From positions 165,912,001 to 165,976,000 of the forward strand of contig NC_042997.1 in the NCBI RefSeq assembly GCF_006345805.1: 64,000 nucleotides of DNA, written 5' to 3'. Positions 23,975 to 36,610 of the stretch are shown piece after piece. The notes below the pieces were generated by a model. It searched no databases. It worked only from the letters and a program-made list of their open reading frames with translations, and was not told where the DNA came from. Numbering within the stretch: the first letter of the stretch is position 1; the number at the start of each line of letters is the position of its first letter. The stretch comes from Octopus sinensis (taxonomy: Eukaryota). A program made the position numbers and the translations under genes.

Positions 23975-25290
23975 AAAATAATAATAATGGTAATAATTGA
24001 CAAGGATCTAAAAGGGCTAGTAGTAATTGTGAAAAAATTCAGTGATGACAACAATATGGAATTTGGCCTTGACAAGTGTGCAAAAGCTTCGTTTAAACGT
24101 GGTAAACTGACAGCTAATACCACGATCCAACTTGATCATGATACATCAAGCAAGGACCTGGATCAAGAGGGGTTTTTTAAGCATGTGGCGGGTACACGAA
24201 GGGTAAGGGATTCAACACGGATCAATGAAAGCGAAGATCGGGAAAGAGTGTTATAGACGTGTCAGAATGGTCGTGAATACTGAGCTGAACTCCCAGAATA
24301 GAAGTGCAACTATAAACTCTTTGGTGGTACCAGTTGTCCACTATAACCTTAATTTCATCAACTGGAATCTGAGTGAACCTCAGCATATGGACATAAAGAC
24401 CAGGGAACTGCTGATACAACACAGGTTGCATCACCCAAAATCAGACATCCACAGGCTCTATTTCCCTAGGAAGGAAGGCAGCAGAGGCAATGCTCCAAAC
24501 GAGCAGGGAAAGCTGATATAGATATGAGAAAAACCCATCAGTGGCCGCAGAGTGATGGTTTGAAAGCCGAAACAGTAGGATTTATCCTAGTGGCACAAAA
24601 TCAGAGTCTCATCACTCGGAACTATCAGGCTAAGTGTCACAGAGAATGAGGTAGACACAAAGTGTAGACTCTGTAATGGCAAACTTGAGAGTATTGACCA
24701 CATTGTTGCTAGTTCCTTAGTCCTTGCTCCTACAGAATATAAACCTAGCCATGATCAAGTTAGCCAATATTTGCACTGGAGCATATGCCGTCACTATGAT
24801 ATCCCGCATCCTAAGAACTGGTATGAACACCATCCAGATCCAATCACTGAGGAAAAGAATGTTACCATCATGTGGGATTATGGAATACATACAGACAGGC
24901 AAATAAATAATAACAGACTAGACATCGTCATCAAAGACCTAAAACAAAAACAGATGCCTGTTAATTGATATGACAGTAACTACCGATAGAAACATCTCAG
25001 CAAAGGAATTTGAAATACTGTCGAAATATAAGGATCTTAAGATTGAGATATCTAGGATCTGGCAATTAAAAACCAAAGCCATCCTTGTGGTAGTAGGTGC
25101 CTTGGGAATGATCAAGAAAGGTAGTGACATATATTTTGACCAGATCCCTGGGAGACCAACAATCTTAGCGAATCAAAAAATTGTGTTGACGTCAACTGCC
25201 CACGTTCTCAGGAAGTTACTCTCCGTTTAATATATAAGTGCTTTAGGTCTCTAGTTGAGACCCGGTCGGAAGATGAAATAAAATGCAGTA
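23975..25290 (+). mobile_element. R4/Dong-clade LINE, 3' portion, frameshifted
   Basis: MEFGLDKCAK, HHPKSDIHRLY, DHIVASSL..RHDQ-like, NNRLDIVI, LSKYKDLKIEI, STAHVLRKLLS*; starts after a short (AAT)n. Confidence 0.85.
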
Positions 25291-25296
25291 CCCGAT

Positions 25297-25860
25297 GCCC
25301 TGATTTAGTACCATGCCCAAATGCAGGCACTGGCTCTCATGGCTTCTGATCTTAACTGATTGGAAGTGTTATTATGTACATATTTTGTCTTGGTATAAAA
25401 GATGGGCTACAGCAAATATTCTGCTCAACACCACAGATTTGCTTGTCAGTTGCTTGACCTTCACCAGTTGAGCATGTCTCTTGGTGGCTGACAATATGTG
25501 TCGTTTCTGATCATGAGCAGAAATAGTGGGGGAGCATCATAGCCATGTGTTGAGAAGACTTATTTGGTGTTTGAATAATCCACTTCTGGAAACATGGGTG
25601 TTTCGTTTAAGATCCTTAAACAACCCTTTTTCAAAGACATTTTGAGCGAGATAAGCTACTTCACCCGCAAAATCTTCTTACTGGGCCCCACTTACAAGGT
25701 CATGTGCTGTATATCTTGATATGAGATCACCATGTCGCGCACATATAGTAGTGATGCATGTGCCTGGTGTCCCCTTATCGGACGGGTAGTCATGATGGGT
25801 ATACTGGGCTTCCTATATTTTACCCGTATCATTTTGATGGTGTGCATTGCTCTCTCACAC
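25297..25860 (+). mobile_element. Non-coding retroposon family D with (AAT)n tail
   Basis: About 560 bp matching the reverse complements of 31886-32251 and 57806-58320. Confidence 0.75.
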
Positions 25861-25874
25861 AATAATAATATTAA

Positions 25875-26073
25875 CAATAATAACTTTGGCACAAGGTCAG
25901 CAATTCCAGGGAAGTGATTAAGTCGATTACATCGATCCCAGTGATAAACTGGTACTTATTTTATCGATACCGAAAGGATGAAAGGCAAAGACGACCTTTG
26001 AACTCAGAACATAAAGAGGAACAAAATTCTGCTAAGAGGTTGCCCGGCGTGTTAACGATTCTGCCTGCTTGCC
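25875..26073 (-). mobile_element. SINE family A, diverged
   Basis: Similarity to other family A copies. Confidence 0.7.
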
Positions 26074-26099
26074 TTATTGTTATTATTATCATTGTTATT

Positions 26100-27480
26100 C
26101 TGAAAGACCCTCGGATAGTTCTTAATTACCGGTTATTCTTTACTTCAAAGCAGGCAATAACAAAACACCAAAGGTTTCAAGTAGTGTCTTCTCCTATAAC
26201 TCAAAGAAACAATACTCTCCTTAGAATGCGAGCTGTGCCCAACAATGCTGTCTTCTGGATCACCTCGAACCTGACAGCAGCTCCAATATTCTTAATATGT
26301 AAGGTGGCGAGCTGGCAGAAACGTTAGCACGTCGGGCGAAATGCTTTGCGGTATTTCGTCTGCCGATACGTTCTGAGTTCAAATTCCGCCGAGGTCGATT
26401 TTGCCTTTCATCCTTTCGGGATCGATTAAATAAGTACCAGTTACGCACTGGGGTCGATATAATCGACTTAATCCGTTTGTCTGTCCTTGTTTGTCTCCTT
26501 TGTGGGCAGTAAAGAAATAGAAATAGGTATTTTGCTCTGTCTTTACGTTCTGAGTTCAAATTCCACCGAGGTCGACTTTGCTTTTCATCGATAAATTAAG
26601 TACCAGTTGCGTACTGGGGTTGATCTAATCGATTGGCCCCCTCCCCCAAAATTTTGGGTCTTGAACCTAGAGTAGGAAAGAATATTCTTAATATGTTTTC
26701 AAAGCCCTTGGAAACTGCACTTAACACTCCAGTTACCACCGATATATCCATTACTTTCCTAATGCCCCATAACTTTCCTATCTTGTCCCGCAGTGGCTGG
26801 TATTTGTCAATCTTTTCTGTTTCCTTACATTTCACCTTCGAATCACTTGGTATTGCAACATCTATTATCTTTATTTCTTTTTCATCTTTATGGACGAGAC
26901 CGATATCTGGTCGTCTCGCCTCTATGACTTGGTCGCACAGTATGTTAAAATCCCAGTGTATTTTGTAATGTTCGTTTTCTATTACTTCCTCAGACTTGTT
27001 TGCTTTACCGCATAACAACCAGTGGATATATCTGGTCATATTGTTGTGTCTCCTTTTGTATTCGCATTGTGCGAGCTTACAGCACTCACTAACAATTCTC
27101 CCTTTCCAGAGCACACCCTACATTGCGGCGAGTCAGTGCTTTTATCAATGTGATATTTGGAGTAGTTTGTTCTGACAGCTTGTTCTTGAGCGCTGCACAC
27201 TAATACCTCAATGGGCTCTTTTAAGTTTCCTTTCTGCAGCCATTGCCAGGTTCTATTCTAATCAATCTCATCTTTATTCATCAAGAGCTGACTGTGCATT
27301 TTCTTGTCCCGTCAAATTTTCTTTATCTGCTCTCTCTGGTCTTTTTAAAACTGTGTTGGATCTACGGCTTCGTTCACTTTTAAGGCTCCCTGCATTTTCA
27401 ATGCTTCAATCATTTCTTCTTTACACCCCTTGACATACCAAGCCAGGCTATTCTCCTCTTCCTTTACACAACCTTCACAA
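26100..27480 (-). mobile_element. R4/Dong-clade LINE 3' portion, split by two family A SINEs
   Basis: IVSECCKLAQCEYKRRHNN, ARRPDIG..IIDVAIP, VIQKTALLGTARILRR; AAT-rich tail at 26075-26100. Confidence 0.85.
26303..26690 (+). mobile_element. Two tandem SINE family A copies
   Basis: Repeated GAGTTCAAATTCC.CCGAGGTCGA cores. Confidence 0.85.
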
Positions 27481-27576
27481 AACACCAATCCCCGTCCTCC
27501 TTATTTCCTCTTTACACACGACATTTTTGCCTTACGGTATGGAACATTTCATTTTCTTTCACTTTTTTTTTTAAAT

Positions 27577-27900
27577 GGCACTCCGTCGGTTACGACGACG
27601 AGGTTCCTGTTTATCTGATCAACGGAACAGTCTGCTCGTATATTTAACGCGCAAATGGGTGAGTACTCCACAGACATGCATACCATTAATGTAGTTCTCA
27701 GGGAGATTCAGCCTCACACAGAATGTGACAAGGCTGGTCCCTTTGAATTACAGCTACAATTTCTTTTTTTTTCCAACTGAGTGGACTGCAGCAAGGTGAA
27801 GTAGAGTACTCTGGTCAAGAACACAGCGCGCCGCAAGGAATCGTACTCATAACTTTATGAACGCGGGCCGAATATCTCTAACCACTGAACCACGCACCTT
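27577..27900 (-). mobile_element. tRNA-derived SINE family G
   Basis: Minus head GGTGCGTGGTTCAGTGGTTAGAG...GATTCC; the tail CTCGTCGTCGTAACCGACGGAGTGCC recurs at 38705 and 52296. Confidence 0.75.
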
Positions 27901-28599
27901 AACCATAGAAAAAAGGAGTGAAGCGATAGAGACAGAGAACAGAAAGCATCAGTCATTTACAACGACAATTAGACTGAAATCCGATCGATCTTTTCTAGTT
28001 TCTTGACTTTTACTTTTACAACGAAGAATAGGGAAAGGCATTTAGTAATGAATAGAAGGAAAGTCATTCAGGTGTTTACGTTTTTATTCTGGGAGTTCTA
28101 GATTGATTAAGTGTTAGTTCTCTCTTCTTTCCCCCACCCCCACCTTCTTTCATAGTTCTTCTTGTCTTTTAGTTGAAGGAAAGACCATGTCTTTTTTTTC
28201 AGACGCGCTTAACAAACTACAAACAAGCTCTCTCCCTTTTTTTTTTCATTCAAAAACTAATGCAAATTTCAAACAGGGTATAGCTGTGAAAAGAGCCCAG
28301 AAAAATAGGTAATACCCCACCTACCAAATGGGTGGGGGAGAAATGTTGCCAACAGGTGGTTACACGAAATTCAACTCTATACGTTAAAGAGTGTTTTCTA
28401 CTGTAGCCTTGAGCCGACCAAAGCCTCGTGAGTGAATTTGGTAGACGGAAACTGAAATAAGTCCGTCATATATATATGTACCCATATATGCATATGTATG
28501 TATATATATATATATGTATAAGGGTGGAAAGGAACACACGAGTTGATATATATGAAAAAACAAGTCAAAAGTAGAAAATGCTAAGATGATTTTATAGTG

Positions 28600-28652
28600 A
28601 ATCTTTCAGTACCGGTTTCGGTCATTTTGAGACCTTTTCAACTGTAACGATT
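28600..28652 (-). ncRNA. Minimal type I hammerhead motif, U3-A8 variant (sense to the PLE ORF)
   Basis: Reverse complement of 29773-29825. Confidence 0.75.
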
Positions 28653-29193
28653 AAATAATTAAATTTTGAAAAATTTAGAAAAATTAGAAGAAAGGTTTTT
28701 TTAAAGGAATACTTCCATAGTAGTGTTCAGATATATGTGGCATTCTGCCTTTCTCTGACTCCCTTGTTTGCACTTGTGTATTCGAGGTCGTTGTGAGTTC
28801 TTGAGGGGGTGGGAGTGGGAAAATCTGGGCTGGTCAGTGGCGACCGGCAGTCGCTGCGTAGGCGTTATACTTAAAGACATTAGTGGGGGTAGAAGGTGGA
28901 GAAGTAGAAGAAGAAGAAGAAGATGACGGTGCCGATGATGATGACGATGAAGAAGAAGAAGGAGAAGGAGAAGATGACGATGATGATGGTGGTGATGACG
29001 ATGACGACGATGATGATGATAACTATGATGATGAAGAAGAAGAAGAAGAAGAGGGAGAAGAAGAAAAAAAACAGAGAAGGGAGAATATGAATAGGTGAAG
29101 ATATAGCTGTTTTGGGGCGATTAGTAATGGATTCTATGGAATGTAATATTTGTGTGTGTATATATATTTCTTTTATTCTTAAGTTGAGCTATA

Positions 29194-29619
29194 TTAATTG
29201 TTTGTCGTAGACCCGTTAAGAAGTGGCCTGTATTTTATAATAAAGAGATTTTCTTTACTTATTCGTTGTCTCGAGGTTGTATCGTCCCTAAATTGGTAGA
29301 GGGGGAAAATTCTGAAGTTTGGTGTTTTTTTGTTGGCGCAAGTATCTATGTGTTGGCTAAAAGCTATTTTTCTGTTTTGGGGAATTTTTATCTGGGATCT
29401 GTGCAGGGCCATTCGTTTACGCAAACCATTTTTTGTTTGGCCTATGTACTGCTCTTGACACCCGGAGCAGGTTAGTGAGTATATTAGGTTCTCCGAAGCA
29501 CATGTGAAGTTGCTTTTCACTGTAAACCGTTGTCCCTGTTTGAAGGAGAACTCAGAACCCTCGATTAGATAGTCGCATATCCCGCAATTGGGTCTTCCAC
29601 ATTTTTTTACTGTCGGCTT
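29194..29619 (-). pseudogene. PLE Cys-rich linker plus GIY-YIG endonuclease C-terminal fragment (Neptune-like)
   Basis: KKCGRPNCGIC...FTCASENLIYSLTCSGCQEQYIGQT...RKRMALHR...ENLFIIKYRPLLN; no RT and no true start codon. Confidence 0.85.
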
Positions 29620-29772
29620 CTCAAGAACTCACAACGACCTCGAATACACAAGTGCAAACAAGGGAGTCAGAGAAAGGCAGAATGCCACATATATCTGAAC
29701 ACTACTATGGAAGTATTCCTTTAAAAAAACCTTTCTTCTAATTTTTCTAAATTTTTCAAAATTTAATTATTT

Positions 29773-29825
29773 AATCGTTACAGTTGAAAAGGTCTCAAAA
29801 TGACCGAAACCGGTACTGAAAGATT
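29773..29825 (+). ncRNA. Minimal type I hammerhead motif, U3-A8 variant
   Basis: AAUCGUUACAG-UUGAAAA-GGUC(UCAAAAU)GACC-GAAA-CCGG-UA-CUGAAAGAUU; palindromic ACCGGU stem III; GUA triplet ending at 29815. Confidence 0.75.
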
Positions 29826-29871
29826 CACTATAAAATCATCTTAGCATTTTCTACTTTTGACTTGTTTTTTC

Positions 29872-29943
<72 letters not shown>

Positions 29944-30371
29944 GTGTGTGTGGTGTGTGTGTGTGTGTGTGTGTGTGTGTTGTGTGTGTGTGTGTATGTA
30001 TGTATATGTATATGTGTGTATTTATGTGTGTGTTTGTGTCTGTATTTGTCCCCTACCACCACCATTACTTGACAACCTATGTTGGTGTGTTTGCGTCCCC
30101 GTAACATAGCTGTTCGGCAGAAAATACTGATAGAATAAGCACCAGGCTTACAGGGAATAAGTCCTGGAGTCTATTTCTTCGATTAAAGAGCGGTGCTCCA
30201 GCATGGCCACCATCAAACGTCTGAAACAAGTAAAAGAATAAAAGAATACCAGATGAACGTTCCCTTACCACTAAACCAAGTTGGTTCTTTGAATATGTAC
30301 GACGTATTTTAAGGCTAAATAGTAATTCTGTTTACGTTTGCGTAACTGAGGTATTTTGGTTGGATTATATA

Positions 30372-31648
30372 CGAGGGACGTTCAATAAGTAATGCCTCTG
30401 ACCCACTTGCAGTTGTTTGATCTAGCTGAAATTTTGCATGTGCAATCATTTATATCTCTATAGAGTAAGTGGCAAATTACAGCTCTGAATTAATTGTTTT
30501 TTTCTGATTTACAGGTGTTTGAACCGAGTCAAGTGTGAAATGGAGCCTGTTGAGTGTCGAGCAGTGATCCGGTTTTTGTATTTGAAAGGACGCACACCAC
30601 GGGAGACTTTTGATGAAATGAAAGTAACTTATGGTGATGATGCCCCATCACATGACCTTGTAAAACGCTGGCATCGTGAATTCAAACATGGTCGGAACTC
30701 TGTGGAAACAGCTCCCAGATCTGGTCGCCCCCTTCTGCCATTGATGAGGCATCTGTCCGTCAAGTTGAGGCTGCCATTTTGGAAGATCGACGCATAATTA
30801 TTCGCCAATAGCCCATGAGGTCAAGATTAGTACCGGGTCTGTGGAAACTATCGTTCATGACCATTTGCATATGCAAAAGGTGTCTGCCAGATGGATTCCC
30901 AGGTTGCTCACGCCTTTCCAGAAGCAAGAACGCGTCGAGTGCTCGAGGGTGAATTCGGAGATGTGCCAAGAAGATGAGTCAACATTTTTCAAAAGACTGA
31001 TTACACAGGATGAAACCTGGGTCCATCACGATGATCCAGTCAATGCAGTGGAAGCACCGTGACTCACCCCCTCCAAAGAAGGCAAGGGTGCAGCCCTCCG
31101 CTGGCAAGGTCATGCTCACAGTCTTCTGGGACCAGGACGGAGTAGTGATGACAGATTTCCTGGCAAAGGGTACCACAATTGCAGGAGCCTATTATGCTTC
31201 ACTTTTGAGGAAATTAAGAGAAGTTATCAAAATCAAGAGGCGGGGCAAGATCAGCAAAGGCATCCTCCTCCTGCAGGACAATGCTCCGGTCCACAACTCG
31301 CTTGTCGCCAGATCAGAAGCACAGGCGTATGGCTATGAACTCCTCTCCATCCCCCCTACTTTCCTGACCTTGCACCCTCTGATTTTCACCTCTTCCCAAT
31401 CATGAAGTTGTTTTTGAAAGGAAAGCGTTTCCCAGATGATGCAGCCTTGATTTCTGAAGTCACGTTGAGGTTGGAGGACCAAGCTGGGTTCTTCTACAAA
31501 AACGGTCTCCAGAGCCGCATCAAACGATGGGAGAAATGCGTAACTCTGGGTGGTTCCTATGTAGAAAAAGACTAATAACTGTGCCAAGTTTCGTTGCTCT
31601 ACTGCTATGGGAAGTGGGTCAGGGGCATTACTTATTGAACGCCCCTCG
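30372..31648 (+). mobile_element. Full-length mariner (DD34D, irritans-like), frameshifted transposase about 30539-31576
   Basis: TIRs CGAGGG(A/G)CGTTCAATAAGTAATGCC, TA TSD, ITQDETWVHH, LQDNAPVH, DLAPSDFHLF. Confidence 0.95.
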
Positions 31649-31659
31649 TAGCTATCGGT

Positions 31660-31784
31660 TTTACACTTCATTCTGCATTCTGTAAATGTCACAATACAGA
31701 AACATTTCTCATGGCACCAGCACACAATTTACAGATGCCTAAATTTTAAAATATTTTTCGTGAAGTTTTCATGGGTCCAGCTAG
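31660..31784 (+). mobile_element. Helitron-like 3' end
   Basis: Imperfect CGTGAA/TTCATG hairpin followed by CTAG|T. Confidence 0.4.
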
Positions 31785-31808
31785 TTGTTGTTGTTGTTGT
31801 TGTTGTTG

Positions 31809-31885
<77 letters not shown>
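31785..31885. repeat. (GTT)/(ATT)n microsatellite
   Basis: Direct reading. Confidence 0.95.
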
Positions 31886-32250
31886 GAGTGAGAGAGCAGT
31901 GCATGCCATCAAAGTGACACTGGGGTAAAATATACGAAGCCCAATATACCCATCATGACTACCCGTCTGATAAGGGTACACCAGGCACATGCATCACAAC
32001 CATATGTGCGCGACATGGTGATCTCATATCAAAATAAACAGCACATGACCTTGCAGGTGGGGCCCAGTTAGAATTTTCTTCAGGTTGAGTAGCCCATCCC
32101 GCTCAAAACGTCCCTGAATAAGAGTTGTTTAAGGATGTTGGAAGAACCACCGATGTTTCCAGAGGTGAATTATTCAAACCCTAAAGAATCCCTCTCAACA
32201 CATGGCTATGATGCTCCCCCACTACTTCTGCTCGTGATCAGAGATGCACA

Positions 32251-32251
<1 letters not shown>
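31886..32251 (-). mobile_element. Family D retroposon, 5'-truncated, (ATT)n on both sides
   Basis: Matches 25297-25860 and 57806-58320. Confidence 0.8.
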
Positions 32252-32322
<71 letters not shown>

Positions 32323-32334
32323 CATTATTATCGC

Positions 32335-35300
32335 CTACGATTTGCCTCTTCCCTCCTCCGAACACTGAGACATGTCCTGCGAGGAGAGGGAGGAAGAAGA
32401 GCTTAAATGGCAACAAGTCGCCAGATCAAAAAGAAAAGGGAACAAAAAATTCGCCAACTAAAACACAAAAATCTGGCCGATATGATGACAGTGAGGAGAC
32501 ACATGACAAAACAAACACACAAACACCTCCCCCACTAGAAACCACACCAGCATCCCCATCAGCATTGTCAGCACCGTCACCAGCACCACAAGCATAATCC
32601 TGTTCGCACACACGAACCGCAGCCCGCACATCCCAACACCAGCAACACACAATCATCAACTACACAGCAACAAACAAGCAATAAAGAATTAATGGCACTC
32701 ATACACAACCATACGGACAATACAAACACCGATTTCATCTCACCATCAAACAACACGCCGCCACATATAAAATTCCTGTTAACATCACAAAGCACGTACA
32801 GCAAAATAAAAACAAAATATCGGGAAAAAGTTGGGGCCTTCAGGAAACATAAACAAAAGACTGTACAACGAAATGCTCGTGGAAACAGCCACAAATAACA
32901 ATGGAAACGGAATAACCGTCCCCACCTCACCAACAAAATCACAGTAAGTAGCCTTTTCCACTTCTATACCGCGATCCTACATGGCCTCGCTGACGACAAG
33001 CAGTATAAATGGATATGGTTTGGGGTCGCCTTGGAAACAGGGTCATCCGTTCATCGACTTCAAGTCACTAAATATTGATGTGGTGGCCATCAGGGAAACC
33101 AGGCTCTTCGACCGACAAGCGTCCATGCTCGTTTTCGGTGGATACGAGATCTATTTATCTTTATGTCAGCTTGGAATGTGGGTGGGAGGAACTGCGGTGT
33201 TGTTGGACCCAGAAGGTAAGTTGGTGGTCCTGGATGTGAACTGTAGTGACAGGGGTGCCTTGAGGTTGGTGGCTATCTATGCTCCGATAGGAACAGAGCA
33301 GTCGACTTTCTTCAGATGTCTGGAAGCTTTCCTGGGAACCTCCGGTCCTTTAATGCTTATGGGTGACTGGAATGCTGTCTTAGAGCCACATTTGGGCCGT
33401 GTGAGGCTAGCGAATAGAGGCGGTGAGCGCAAAAGCCTAGCAAACCTGCTCAGACGTTTTCAACTGTTTGACAGGTACCGGCTGGATTTCCTGAATGTGC
33501 AAGTGTGGACCAAGTCTAACTGCATCGGGTCATCCAGGTCGGATTTAGATAGAATTCTCTGTGGGCCAGTAGATAAGAATAGTATAAGTTGTCCACTTTT
33601 CAAAACAGTCGCGTACACAGACCACAAATTTGTGACCTGTACGATGGACTTAGACTACATAGACAGGGACTCGGTTACTGGTAGCTGAACGCGTCACTCC
33701 CGGTGTTCCAAGCTTACAGAGACCGGATTAGCGAATTAGCTAAGCGGGCGTTAACAGGGTCAATATTTAACAATAAATGATGGTACGTCTTGAAAATGAA
33801 AATTAGGATAGAATCGATTAGGTTTAGCAAGGCACTAGCGATAAAAGAAAATAGAAGGAAAGCTAATTAGGGACTTAGAAGAGGCGCTTAGGAGAGGCAT
33901 TGTAAAGAAACGAGGGAATTTAAACCGCTTGATGGGCCCGAGTTGTAGAGGCACAACGTGGCAACAAAGACACAATTCGGTCATCGGTGGACGAAGGTGG
34001 GCGCACGGTACTTGAGCCCGAGCAGATGTGTGCGGTATTTCAGCAGCATTTCGCCCAACTGTTCGGGACGAATGGTGGGCTGGAAGGCAGGATGGATTTT
34101 AGTACCACGACTTCCGGCAGGTGGAGCGAGGCATTGCGAAATGCCAATAGCAGCCGCGTATATACAGGATGCGATGATGAGCTGCACGGGGTACAAACCG
34201 CTTGGTTTAGATGGTCTGCACTACGAGCTTTACTATTGTATGCCAGACTTGTTTGGCGACCTCTTAGAACTGGGTCCTTTCTCAGCAGTAGTGACACTCC
34301 TGAGAAAGGACCCAGACAAGAGTGATCAAATCGAAACTTTTCGGCCCATAACACTGCTGAACGCAGACTTGAAAATTTCGGCCAGGGTGCTAGCGAAGAG
34401 GTTGGTGCTTGTCATCGAGGAACTAACTGGTGATGCGCAAACATGCGCCATCCCAAGCAGATCTATCCACGACAACCTCCATCTCATGTGATGCATCATA
34501 GACAGGGTGGGTAATGAAGATATCATGGGTAGGGCGTTGATCAATTTGGATCAATCGAAAACCCTTGATAGGGTCGACCACCAATACTCGGCGGCTGTCC
34601 TCACTGCAGCCGGTTTCGGTCTCGTTTTCCGTGGCTGGATCGCAGCAACGTACAGCGACATCTGCTCGGTGGTTCGGGTGAATGGTTACCTATCGCAACC
34701 ATTCAGTATCATGCGTTTGGTCCATCAAGGGTGTGCCCTCTCGGCTCTCTTGTATGTGATGGCTCTAGAGCCACTCCTGCGGGAATTAGAGGCGCTGAGA
34801 GGTATCCCGCGCGAAATAGGGCTTGGGAGAACCGTGTCGGCATACATGGACGACGTCATCATCGTCATATTATCAAATAGCAGGCACATAAACTTGATCA
34901 ACATCGCTCTAAAAGAATACGAGGCGGTAACAGGAGCAAGAATTAACCAGAAGAAGTCAGTGGGCCTGCAACTCGACACTTGGAGAGACAGGTTCATGCC
35001 TTCCAATAGCATCATGAGACGCTGGACGGAAGGACTGGTCAAATTGCTTGGGGTCTGGTTCGGTTCAGATCTCCAGATGGAGAAAAACTGGGACGAAGTG
35101 GTGAGCAGGGTGGCCAAACTCACCCACAAATAGACTGAGAGAAAGCTATCCCTGAAAGGTCGGGCAAAGGTGGCGAATGCTTACATAGCATCCGTCATCT
35201 ACTACCGCCTCACCATCGTACCCTGTTCCGGTTTGAGTCTGACCAAACTGGAACGCCTACTTTTCCGCGTTCTGTGGATGGGATGCGTTCAACTGGCCAG

Positions 35301-35484
35301 GCACTCCATTTGCTGTCAACTCCTACTAAATGGAGGGCTGGGCATGCCATGGCTATTGTTGCGCAGACATGCGTTGAGGCTGCAACATCTCCAGCATTTC
35401 CTAGACAGTGAGCAGGTGTGGTCGCCGTTCGTCAGATGCGATTTCCCACAGTTTGTCTGTTTGACTGAGCTGCGGTCTTGGATC
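32335..35484 (+). mobile_element. Tx1/L1-type LINE: ORF1 tail plus ORF2 (APE 32981-33690, RT about 34150-35130), disrupted
   Basis: VAIRETR, MGDWNAV, DLDRI, TDHKFV, FRPITLLNADLKI, LDQSKTLDRV, HQGCALSALLY, AYMDDV, KLLGVWF. Confidence 0.9.
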
Positions 35485-35945
35485 AAGCTGTGGCTGGCGT
35501 TGCTGTTGTGGTTGATGCTGATGATGTTGCTGGGGTTGTTGTTCATACTGTTGTTGGTGAGTTTACTTCGTTTATTGGTTTTGCTTTTCTTGTTGATAAT
35601 GATGCCGTTGTTGCCGAGGTTGGAGCTGCATTTGTTACTGGTCATTGTTGGTTTGGTTGTTGTTGTTACTGAGGCTTTGGGGGACCTGGTGTTGGCAGTA
35701 AGGGACTTCCACGGTTCCATGTCTTCTTTTTGGGGCAGAAGGCTTTCAAGTGTCCAGTTGCTCCACACAGATGACACCGTGGCATTCCACTCTCAGCAGT
35801 GATACGTAAGTTTCCCTTCCTGGAAGGCGAATGAGGTCTGGGATCTTGTGAATAGCTTCTGGTTGAATGTGGAGGAGCATTTCAAACTACAGGCGTATAC
35901 TCAGGGCAGGCTCGTTCACTCACATAATTCTCGACAACACAACAA
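35485..35945 (-). mobile_element. Tx1/L1-type ORF1 fragment with CCHC knuckle, in inverted orientation
   Basis: Minus-strand PRCHLCGATGHLKAFCPKK followed by a low-complexity T/P/S-rich tail. Confidence 0.7.
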
Positions 35946-36494
35946 ATCTACCCTTGTTTTCCTTTTCAAGTGAGTTTTGAAGAACTTGATTAGGGATTAT
36001 CCAAAGAGAAAAGTGTTTGTCTTCAGCCCCCTCAATCTCGTCCACCATACAACTTCTATAGCTTTTGCCACCAGTCATGTGAACAATAGTGAAGATGATG
36101 CTGCTTCGTGTACTTTAGCTTGTTACATTTCAAATAAAGATTTGTGCACTCAAGCTTTGTGTATTAGATTACATAACCTAGTTCAGATCTGCAATTAGGT
36201 GAAAACACACACACACACACATACACACACACATATATATTCACACATATATACACATATATAGACGTCCATTGATCCACATATACATATATCTAACCAG
36301 CCGCATTTATACGCATACACACTCACAAGTATATGTCTGTACGTGTGTATCTATATACGTATGTAAGTAAAAATATACGTCTATATATCAGCAGAGAAAC
36401 TATAACCAAAATACAATATCAAAGTATTAGTTCTCATTAAAATATTTCTCATCATCGCATTGTTCATTTCCACTGTTAGGTACAGTATAGATAC

Positions 36495-36579
36495 ATACAT
36501 ACATACAAGCACACACACCTGCATGCATACATACATACATACATACATACATACATACATACATACATACATACATACA

Positions 36580-36608
<29 letters not shown>
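36495..36608. repeat. (CATA)n microsatellite
   Basis: Direct reading. Confidence 0.95.

Positions 36609-36609
<1 letters not shown>

Positions 36610-36610
<1 letters not shown>

Larger units (their letters stand above)
28546..29879 (-). mobile_element. 5'-truncated Penelope-like element with inverted pseudo-LTRs
   Basis: 260-bp inverted repeats 28546-28805 and 29620-29879, apparently identical, flank a GIY-YIG coding fragment and a GAA/GAT-repeat 3' region. Confidence 0.9.
28395..30250 (+). mobile_element. SINE family B split by a Penelope-like insertion (5' part 28395-28470, 3' part about 30020-30250)
   Basis: Both halves match 51808-52193 in order and orientation. Confidence 0.7.

Noticed and set aside
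28883-29098. Acidic D/E-rich ORF
   Set aside because: It is a GAA/GAT repeat in the PLE 3' region on the antisense strand.
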